The notes beneath the pieces are model-generated. The model was given only the letters and a program-made list of their open reading frames with translations, searched no databases and was not told the origin of the DNA. Shown here piece by piece: positions 26,611 through 36,131 of a DNA stretch of 64,000 nucleotides (position 1 is its first letter; every line of letters begins with the position of its first letter). Source of the DNA: Callorhinchus milii (lineage: Eukaryota); contig NW_024704742.1 of assembly GCF_018977255.1 (NCBI RefSeq), positions 100,256,001 to 100,320,000 on the forward strand, given 5' to 3'. Both the position numbers and the translations under genes were made by a program.

Positions 26611-26764
26611 ATGACCAGTAACAGTTCAGCCGGAGTAGTTCGCCCCCAGTTGAAGCGAGCGGAGGGGGTGCCAATGATCGAGCACATCATCGACAACTGG
26701 AGTTGAGTCTCCAGGTTCCAGGCTCGGCCAGATGATCTGCTGATTGCAACATTCCCTAAAGCAG
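26611..26764 (+). pseudogene. SULT1-like exon 1
   Basis: MTSNSSAGVVRPQLKRAEGVPMIEHIIDNWS*VSRFQARPDDLLIATFPKA(G); donor GTGAGA. Confidence 0.92.
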
Positions 26765-27225
26765 GTGAGAGTGTGCGACACAGACTCGGGGAGTGTGCAA
26801 TACATACTTGGTGAGTGTGCAATACATACTCTGTGAATTTGCGACACATACTCAGAGATTGTGCGACACAGACCCGGTGAGTGTGCGACACATACTCGGT
26901 GAATGTGCAACACATACCTGGTGAGTGTGTGACACAGACCCAATGAGTATGCAACAGATACCCAGTGAATGTGCAACACAGACCCGGTGAGTGTGCGACA
27001 CATACCTAGTGAGTGTGTAACATATATTCGGTGGATGTGTGACATATACTCAGTGAGTGTGAGACACAGACTCGGTGAGTGTGAGACACATACTCGGTGA
27101 GTGTGCGACACAAACCCAGTGAGTGTATGATACAGACCTGGTGAGTGTGTGACACAGACCCAGTGAGTGTATGATACAGACCTGGTGAGTGTGTGACACA
27201 GACCCAGTGAGTGTATGACAGGGAT
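26765..27225 (+). repeat. 22-bp minisatellite (GGTGAGTGTGYGACACAKACYC) in SULT intron 1
   Basis: About 20 tandem degenerate units beginning at the exon-1 donor; decays to about 27345. Confidence 0.9.
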
Positions 27226-27469
27226 CCATTGGGTGTATGTCGCTGTCCCAGTGATTGTAAGACACAGACTCATGTGAATGTGAGAAACATCTCAGTGAGA
27301 AACAGAATCGCAGAGTGAGTGTTGGACACAGTTGGATGTGACACTAGTTACAGGGGCTGTATAGTGACAATAACATGTGGCTACACCACACTGCATCAGC
27401 ATCTCATCACTAAAACACTGAGTGCAACAAGAGATCACCTGACCTTGTCTCATCGATTCAAATTATCAG

Positions 27470-27595
27470 GAACGACTTGGATGCAGAAAATTGTGGATTT
27501 TATTTACTCCCAAGGAGATGTGGAGAAATGCCAACGTGCTCCAGTGATGTTTCGCAGCCCATTCCTTGAATTATTTTTCCCAGGAGTTGAACCAG
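27470..27595 (+). pseudogene. SULT1-like exon 2
   Basis: (G)[41 protein letters not shown]; 126 nt; completes the PKAGTTW 5'-PSB motif. Confidence 0.93.
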
Positions 27596-27732
27596 GTAAA
27601 TATTGCTGGACTCCTGAGCTGGCGGGTTTTTTTTGGCCACTGGCCAACACACATGTGGAAACCCATGACCAACCACTGCCTCTGCCCATCTTCCCTTCAT
27701 CTTCATCTCCATCGCCAAATGCAAGCAAGTGA

Positions 27733-28041
<309 letters not shown>

Positions 28042-28432
28042 TAAGAATATCAGCTGATGACAGGTGGTGGGGAGGGTTCATTCTGTGATTGTACAGATTA
28101 AAGACAAATTGGTGAAACTGCACTGGTTCCCACTATGTGCAGCTTCCAGGATTAAGCTGCCTGAGCTCACAGTAAAGGAATCAGTTCCATGTAGCTCCAT
28201 CTCTATAAGGGATACGGGGCAAGGGCAGGTAATTGGTCCTGAAATGCCGATCAGCCAAGATCTTATAGAATGGCAAACAGGCTTGAGGGGCTGAATGGCT
28301 ACGCCTATTTTTATGTTTCTACTTGTGCTGCCACTGTACAGAGCGTCCAACCTGAGCACCGCACACAAAGCCAGCAGCCTGGCTGACGTTTACATTAGAA
28401 TTCATGAGAAATACTTACTTTTTTATTTCCAG

Positions 28433-28559
28433 ATCATTTACGTGGCTTGAAATGCCAAAGATAACCTGGTCTCGTATTACCACTTTGACAAAATACTAAT
28501 GATGGAGCCAGAACCAGGGACCTGGGAAGAATTCTTCAATAAAGTTATCACTGGCAATG
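28433..28559 (+). pseudogene. SULT1-like exon 4
   Basis: [41 protein letters not shown]; 127 nt; TGA replaces the 3'-PB Arg. Confidence 0.93.
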
Positions 28560-28958
28560 GTATGTGAGGGGGCACTGATTGGAGGGGGACTGATTAGAGG
28601 GGGGCAGAAGTGCAGGATATTTCACAAGGTCGGTTCAGATGAAGAAGGCCATAGAGCCCTTTCTGAGCCCTTCCAGAAAATCCGCTCTTCCGAATTCCCA
28701 TCATAGCTTCAAGCTGCTTTTTAAATGAGTCCTGGTCCTGGCCTCACACTTCTGCCTAGCAACCTGTTCCATTCGTTAATTACCCTCTGAGTAAAGAAAA
28801 GTTTCCTGGTAGCTGTCTGGAAATTGCCCTTTATAACTCTAAACCCATGTCCTCTTGTTCTACTGTCATGTTGCCTCCAAAAGCATGTGCATAGGGAAGG
28901 GCAGAGTGTTGGAGCGGGGAAATATGATGTGTTTAAATTGTGACCTTGCCTTCCCCAG

Positions 28959-29053
28959 TGGGCTGGGGTTCCTGGTACGATCATGTGAGCGGCTGGTGGG
29001 AAAAGAGAAACAAACATTGAATCCTCTACATGTTCTTTGATGAAATTAAAAAG
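28959..29053 (+). pseudogene. SULT1-like exon 5
   Basis: (V)[30 protein letters not shown]; 95 nt. Confidence 0.93.
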
Positions 29054-29164
29054 GTTTGGATTAAATTCCTTGGACGAATTGAGAAATTTAGACGAAAGTA
29101 AGAGGTGAAAGAGAGGCATTGAATCAAAGTAAAAATAATAAAAAAGAAAATTAGACTGAAAAAT

Positions 29165-29470
29165 ATAGAAGGGAAGGAAAAAGTGATTGGAAGGGGGGAG
29201 GGGGTTGCAGGGAAAGGGTGAGGGGGGAGCGGAGAGAGTGGGAAAAAGGGGAGGGGGGAAAAGGGTGAGGGGGAGTAGGGAAAGGGTGAAGGAGGAGTGG
29301 GGATAGGGTGAGGGGGGAGTAGGGAAAGGGGGAGAGGAGGAGCAGGGAAAGCGTGAGGGGAGAGTGGTAAAGGGTGAGGGGGGAATGGGGAAAGGAGAGG
29401 GGGGAATGGGTGAGGGGGGAGCAGGGAAAGGGTGAGGGGGAAGATCTGGGAACGGGTAAGAGAGAGGCTG
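29165..29470 (+). repeat. Polypurine low-complexity tract with AAAGGGTGAGGGGGGAG-like units
   Basis: About 300 bp almost entirely A/G with many GGG runs, in SULT intron 5. Confidence 0.85.
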
Positions 29471-29605
29471 GATAATGGGAAAGAAGGCATTTAGGGCTGG
29501 GGAGGGATTGGCTGAACAAACGTCTTTGGGAGATCCCAAAAAGTTTTATCTTGGTTGCACTGTTACTCACATTGCTTGGGCGCTGAACAAATCTCTCATT
29601 CTCAG

Positions 29606-29786
29606 AATTCCAAACAGGAGATCATGAAAGTAGCAAAGTTCTTGGAGAGGGATCTGTCCGACCAAATCATTGACGTCATTGTGCAGAAAACCAGCTTCAC
29701 CACCATGCGAGACAATCCCATGGTCAACTACTCAACTCTCCCCAAAGAGATATTGGACCACTCGGTCTTTCAATTCATGAGGAAAG
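29606..29786 (+). pseudogene. SULT1-like exon 6
   Basis: NSKQEIMKVAKFLERDLSDQIIDVIVQKTSFTTMRDNPMVNYSTLPKEILDHSVFQFMRK; 181 nt. Confidence 0.93.
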
Positions 29787-29929
29787 GTACGAGTGGACAA
29801 GTATGACTTCATGCCCAACAACCTCAGCCTGTAGGTTGCCATCCTCCTGCTCAGCAGGGGAACAGCACTGTACAATTTTACTCTGTCAGTGTAGAGGGAC
29901 CTTTACTCTGTCTCTAAACTCTGTCCCCT

Positions 29930-31172
29930 GATCGCATCAGTCCTTGCCAGGTTCCACTGGCTCCCAATCACCAAACGGATCGACCTCAAGATCGTCTCGC
30001 TTATTTTCAAATCACTTTATTCCCTACCTATCTGGTCAGTTTACCCCCACTCCACCACCCTCTGCCTCCGCTCGGCTGGCTCCGGCCTCCTATTTGTCCC
30101 CAGTGCCCTACACTCCACTATCAGTGACCGTGCCTTCAGCCACTACACACCAAAACTCTGGAACTCTCTCCCTTAATCCCTCTGCCTTGCCCCCTCCCTC
30201 TTCAACTTCAAATCCCATCTAAAGACCTTTTTTTTATCGTGTTTAAGGTCCCATCCCGCCTCCCGGTTCCTTTGGCTTATTGCCAGACTCCTCCACTGTG
30301 AAGCACTCCCTACCTGGCGTGAAGGGCGCTATATAAATGCAAGTTGTTGTCTTCAAATCCCTTCATGCCCTGGCACGTCCGACCTGCTGTATTCCCAACC
30401 CACGACACACTGCCTCCGCTCGACTGGCTCCAGCATCCTGCTTGTCCCTCGTGCTCTACGCTCCATCATCAGTGGCCATGGTTTCAGCCACTACACCCCG
30501 AAACTCTGGAACACTTTTCCTCTATCCCTCCACTTTTCCTCTTCCTTCCCCATCTTCACACCTAAAGACCTTCTTTGATCGTGCCTACTATCACCTCCCC
30601 TCGGTTTGGTGTTGTGCTCCGCCACTGTCAAGCATTCTAGCATGCTACCCTGCATGAAGTGGGCTGTATAAATGCAAGTTGTTGTTGTCAGGAGAGGCCC
30701 TTGTCCTCTCCCACACCAAGCTTCGTGACCCCATCTCCCCCATTCTCGCCCGAGTCCATTGGCTCCCTATCCTTCAGAGGATCCAGTTCAAGGTACTGTA
30801 CCTCACAAACAAAGCCCTCAATGGTCTCGCCCCACCCTATCTCTGTGTCCTCCTAACCCCCTACCAATCTGCCCACTCCCTCCTCTCAGCTGGCTTCGGC
30901 CTGCCCACCCCACCATTGGCGGGAGAGCCTTCAGCCACTCTGCCCCCAACTCCATCTGGAACTCCGTCCCCCAATCACTCCGCCTCGCCCCCTTCTTAGC
31001 CTCCTTCAAGTTCCGTCTCAAGACCCTCCTCTTCGACCTTGCCATCGGCCACCTCCCTTCCCCTCCCTTCTCGCCCCCTGACCCCAGCTCGGGTCTGAAA
31101 TGCTGTACACTGTCCAGCGCCTTGGGATGTGAAAGGCGCTTTACAAATGCAATCTTGTTGTTGTTATTGTTG
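29930..31172 (+). mobile_element. Three stacked L2 3'-end fragments in SULT intron 6
   Basis: Three successive tails (..GGCGCTATATAAATGCAAGTTGTTG near 30345, 30685 and 31165), each preceded by HWLP/FSH/LWN-type remnants. Confidence 0.85.
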
Positions 31173-31175
31173 ATG

Positions 31176-31480
31176 TCTCTAACCCGTGCTGTCACTGTCC
31201 TGGGAGTACTGAACGGACAGTGTAGAGCAGTGGTGGCCAACCTTGTTCTTGATTGAATATTTCTTGATTTATGCCCTAAATCAAGAAATATTCAATCAAG
31301 AAAATGTTGGAAAAACACTATTGATTAAACATGGACTTATCTAGACAAGTGCAAATGTTCGACGGGCCACCACTGGTGTAAGAGGAAGCTTTACTCCGTC
31401 TTTAACCCATGCTGTCACTGACCTGGGAGTGCTGGACAAATAGTGCAGATGGAGCTTTACCCCATCTCTAAACTGTGTTG
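31176..31480 (+). repeat. ~66-bp tandem repeat (TCTAACCCGTGCTGT..CCTGGGAGT..CAGTGTAGAGGGAGCTTTACTC), about 2.3 units
   Basis: Two aligned units visible once the MITE is removed; partial unit also at 29877-29925. Confidence 0.75.
31228..31375. mobile_element. 148-bp hAT-type MITE with internal perfect hairpin
   Basis: TIRs CAGTGGTGGCC / GGCCACCACTG; flanks GTGTAGAG (31220-31227) and GTGTAAGA (31376-31383); 26-bp perfect inverted arms 31246-31271 and 31277-31302. Confidence 0.85.
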
Positions 31481-31501
31481 ACTGACTACCTTTTCTTTTA
31501 G

Positions 31502-31610
31502 TTATAGTGGGAGACTGGAAGAACCATTTCACTGTGGCCCAGAATGAATAGTTGCGGATTATGCAAAGAAAATGTCGGGAACATCACTGACTTTCCAAAG
31601 TGGGCTGTGA
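31502..31610 (+). pseudogene. SULT1-like exon 7 (terminal)
   Basis: (V)IVGDWKNHFTVAQNE*, frameshift, then ADYAKKMSGTSLTFQSGL*. Confidence 0.9.
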
Positions 31611-33139
31611 CAATTTTTGTTGCTCTGAGTCATATACACAGCCACTTGTAGCGCTCTCCCTCGCGCACAGGCAGATTTGCGCATGCACTCCCACACGCAC
31701 CCACTTGTTCGCTCGCATATGCACCCACTCACTCATGCGCGCACATATTCGCTCACACCTACCCATTCACTCACGCGCACTCACACAGCTTCCAATGTCA
31801 AACTAAAGAATTACAGATGCCAAATAAAATAGAAAGTAGCTATGAAGACCTCGCCTCGTGAACTGTGCTTGGAGCATGGGGCGGAGGAGATGCTGAGCTT
31901 GGGGCACAGGGTGGGGAGGAGAGATTTGGGGGCTTAAATTGTGTGTGATGAACAGTGGAGCACTCAGTGGGACGTGATGGTAGGTTCCCCCAAGTACAGT
32001 ACTATAAAGGCAACATTTTGTTAGGAAAATATCTAATTGTTGATTTGTTTCAGTATCTGAGGATGTGGTGGACACCATCTTTTGTTTCGACAATGTCCTT
32101 CAGGACAAAGCTGAGAAGAAGTGAAGGACATTGTCGTTGTTCTCATCTCTCTTCAATGATACAATAGAAAATTACATTTAGAAAGCTCCTTTCACATCGG
32201 GAGGATGTCCCAAGGCGCTGAACAGTCAGGGATTAGGACCTGAGCAGTGGGGTGGGGGGATATTGGGATTATGGAGGGTGGAGGGCAGAAGAGAAGGTAG
32301 GAAGATGGACGAAAGCATGGTCGCAAAATCATAGCAAGTCCCAATGCAGGTTAGGCTTGTGAGTTATAAGATGTGCATGCAAACAACTTTCCTTCGTGAT
32401 TCCGAACTCCTGGAAATCCAGTGGAAGAATTTCCTTTGGCCCATTTGTGTAGTCCAGGACCAAGCAGTGAAGTGGATTTATGGTAAAAGAGGGATAATGG
32501 CTTCAGGGTGGGAGGGCTCAGTGACATGTCACTCAACATCCTGGCAGCAAAGGTAGCTTCATGGTGGGCACCTGTCTTTGCCGATCCCTCTCACATGAGG
32601 ACCTGGATTAAATAGTTGGTGAGAAGTAAACTTAGACTTCTCGACCATCAAGATGGCTGGCACATCACAAGCTGTCCTGTAAAGGTCCTCCTACCATTCT
32701 GAAGGCGTTCATTGAATCACATATATTCAAGGCTTGTTATCTACCTTGGTCCCCCCACCTGCTCGGGTCCTAATCCCTGACTGTTCAGCCCCTCAGGACG
32801 TCTCCCAATGTGAATGGCGCTTTACAAATGTAATTTTGTATTATATTTGTATCCAGCGAGACTCTTTGGCAGTTCTTGTTGGGACAGTCACTGGAGGTTG
32901 GGATTATTCTTACTCTGCTCATTTTAGAATCTTGGAAGCCAAGACCCTGGATAGGGTGGTAGTAATTGGAAAAGCACCAGGAAGCTTGTCAGGCAGTGTT
33001 CACAATGGTAAACTATGTGGTTTTAGCTGGTTAAACTCCAGCAGTACCCCAATACACACTGCATGTATGGAATTCTCAGACTTGTTTGAATAATCCTAAT
33101 ACCAATGCGCTTCCACATAGCCCAGCATAACACAAGGTA

Positions 33140-35308
33140 CCTGTGGGATGTGTGTGTGTATGTGTGCGGGGTGGGGGGGTGTCCTGTGTGCATGGATCCT
33201 GTGGTGTGTGTGTTGGTGGGGGTGGGGGAGTGTAGTCCTCTGGTGTGTGTGTTGGGTGCAGGGGGGGGTAGTCCTGTCTGTGGTGTGTATGTTGGGGGAG
33301 GTAGACCTGTGGTGAGTGCTTGTTGGGGGGGGGGGGGGGGGTTAGTCCTGTGTGTTTTGGGGGTTAGTGTGGGGGTGGGGGTAGTCCTGTGGTGTGTGTG
33401 TTGGGGGTTAGTGTGGGAGGGTAGTCCTGTGGTGTGTGTTTTGGGGGATAGTCCTGTGGCGTGTATGTTGGTGGGGGTGGGGGAGTGTAGTCCTCTGGTG
33501 TATGTGTTGGGTGCAGGGGGTTAGTCCTGTCTGTGGTGTGTGTGTTGGGGGAGGTAGTCCTGTGGTGAGTGTTTGTGGTGGGGGGGGGGTTAGTCTTGTG
33601 TGTTTTGGGGGTTAGTGTGGGTGGGGGGTAGTCCTCTGGTGTGTGTGTGTTGGGGGTTAATGTGGGGGTGCGGGGGTAATCCTGTGGTGTGTGTTTTGGG
33701 GGGGGTAGTCCTATGGCGTGTGTGTTGGGGGGGGGTAGTCCTGTGGTGTGTGTGTTCGAGGAGTAGCCTTGCGTTGTGCGGGGACGGGGGGGTGGGGGGT
33801 TGTCCTGTGGTGTGTGTGTTTGGGGGGGAATGGGTGTGTGTGTGTGTTGCGGGTGGTAGCCTTGTGATATGTGTGTGTTGGGGGAGACGGGGTTGTCCTG
33901 TGGTGGGTGTGTTGGGGGTGGGGTGGGGGTTGTCCTGTGGTGTGTGTGTTGGAGGGGGTGGGGGTTGTCCTGTGGTGTGTGTGTTGGGGGTGGGGGTTGT
34001 CCTGTGGTGTGTGTGTTGGGGGTGGGGGTTGTCCTGTGGTGAGTGTTTGTGGTGGGGGGGGCGGGTTAGTCCTGTGTGTTTTGGGGGTTAGTGTGGGTGG
34101 GGGGTAGTCCTCTGGTGTGTGTGTGTGGTGTGTGTGTTGGGGGTGGGGAGTTGTCCTGTGGTGTGTGTGTTGGGGGTGGGGGTTGTCCTGTGGTGTGGGG
34201 GTTGGGGTTGTCCTGTGGTGTGTGTGTTGGGGGGGGGTTGTCCTGTGGTGTGTGTGTTGGGGGTGGGGGGGTTGTCCTAAAGTGTGTGTGTTGGGGGGGG
34301 GATGTCCTGTGGTGTGTGTGTTGGGGTGGGGTTGTCCTGTGGTGTGTGTGTTGGGGGTGGGGTGTGTGTCCTGTGGTGTGTGTGTTGAGGGTGGGGTGTG
34401 TGTCCTGTGGTGTGTGTGTGTTGGGGGTGTGGGGGAGTTTGTACTGTGGTGTGTGTGTTGGGGGTGCGGGCGGGTTGTCCTGTGGTGTGTGTGTTGGGGG
34501 GGTTGTGTGTCCTGTGGTGTGTGTGTTGAGCGTGGGGGGGGGGGGGGGGTTGTCCTGTGGTGTGTGTTGGGGGTGGGGGGGGGGTTGTCCTGTGGTGTGT
34601 GTGTTGGGGGTTGTCCTGTGGTGTGTGTGTTGTCCTGTGGTGTGTGTTGGGGGTTGTCCTGTGGTGTGTGTGTTGGGGGGTGGTCCTGTGGTGTGTGTGT
34701 TGGGGGTTGTCCTGTGGTGTGTGTGTTGGGGGTTGTCCTGTGGTGTGTGTGTTGGGGGGGTCCTGTGGTGTGTGTGTTGGGGGGGGTCCTGTGGTGTGTG
34801 TGTTGGGGGGGGGTCCTGTGGTGTGTGTGTTGGGGGTTGTCCTGTGGTGTGTGTGCTGGGGGTTGTCCTGTGGTGTGTGTGTTGGGGGGGGGGGGGGTTG
34901 TCCTGTGGTGTGTGTGTTGGGGGGCCTGTGGTGTGTGTGTTGGGGGGGGTCCTGTGGTGTGTGTGTTGGGGGTTGTCCTGTGGTGTGTGTGTTGGGGGTT
35001 GTCCTGTGTGTGTGTGTTGGGGTTGTGTGTGTGGGGGGGTCCTGTGGTGTGTGTGTTGGGGGTTGTCCTGTGGTGTGTGTGTTGGGGGTTGTCCTGTGGT
35101 GTGTGTGTTGGGGGTTGTCCTGTGGGGTGTGTGTGTTGGGGGGGTCTGTGGTGTGTGTGTTGGGGGGGGGGGTCCTGTGGTGTGTGTGTTGGGGGGGGTC
35201 CTGTGGTGTGTGTGTGGGGGGGTCTGTGGTGTGTGGGGGGGGGTCCTGTGGTGTGTGTGTTGGGGGGGTCCTGTGGTGTGTGTGCTGGGGGGGTGGGGGG
35301 GGGTCCTG
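33140..35308 (+). repeat. GT-rich minisatellite, unit ~GTCCTGTGGTGTGTGTGTTGGGGG(n)TT
   Basis: About 2.2 kb of tandem units with variable G runs; more degenerate on the left, homogeneous on the right. Confidence 0.95.
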
Positions 35309-35400
35309 CAGCCCACTCTGCGCATGTGTGGGTTCATTTGAACTGCAAGGAGGCGGCAAAAGATGTAATGCGGCGGTAAAGAGACCAATACATTGTAACT
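35309..35400 (+). promoter_or_regulatory. Candidate CEP120 promoter island between two satellites
   Basis: Unique CpG-containing island with NRF1-like TGCGCATGTG (35319-35328) and CCAAT (35385-35389), about 700 bp upstream of the ATG. Motif evidence only. Confidence 0.45.
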
Positions 35401-36050
35401 GACAGACACACACACACAGTGACACACACACAGTGAGAGAGACTCACACACACACAGTGAGAGAGACTCACACACACACAGTGAGAGACTCACACACACA
35501 CAGTGAGAGAGACTCACACACACACAGTGAGAGACTCACACACACACAGTGAGAGACTCACACACACACAGTGAGAGACTCACACACACACAGTGAGAGA
35601 CACACACACACACAGTGAGAGACTCACACACACACAGTGAGAGACTCACACACACACACACAGTGAGAGAGACTCACACACACACACACACACAGTGAGA
35701 GACTCACACACACACACACAGTGAGAGAGACTCACACACACACACACAGTGAGAGAGACTCACACACACAGTGAGAGACTCACACACACACAGTGAGAGA
35801 CTCACACACACACAGTGAGAGACTCACACACACACAGTGAGAGACACACACACACACAGTGAGAGAGACTCACACACACACAGTGAGAGAGACTCACACA
35901 CACAGTGAGAGACTCACACACACACACAGTGAGAGAGACTCACACACACACAGTGAGAGACTCACACACACACAGTGAGAGAGACTCACACACACACACA
36001 CACACACACACAGTGAGAGACTCACACACACACAGTGACACCCACACAGT
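35401..36050 (+). repeat. Minisatellite (CA)n-GTGAGA(GA)GACT
   Basis: About 25 units of CAGTGAGAGACTCACACACA with variable CA length. Confidence 0.95.
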
Positions 36051-36082
36051 GTCGGGGTGGAGGAGGGGCTCCGCTCCCGGGG

Positions 36083-36131
36083 ATGGGCTGGAAATCGGAG
36101 CATCTCCTGATTGTGGTGTCGGTTCTTGGAG
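36083..36131 (+). CDS. CEP120: CEP120 coding exon 1
   Basis: [16 protein letters not shown](G) versus human MVSKSDQLLIVVSILEG; 49 nt; donor GTAAGT; phase 1 matches exon 2. Confidence 0.9.

Noticed and set aside
28721..29570. Proline-rich ORFs on the - strand
   Set aside because: Translations of the polypurine tract plus a CR1 remnant.
33105..35523. Long ORFs of 280-485 aa rich in V/C/G/W or P/T/H
   Set aside because: Translations of a stop-poor minisatellite, open in several frames on both strands.
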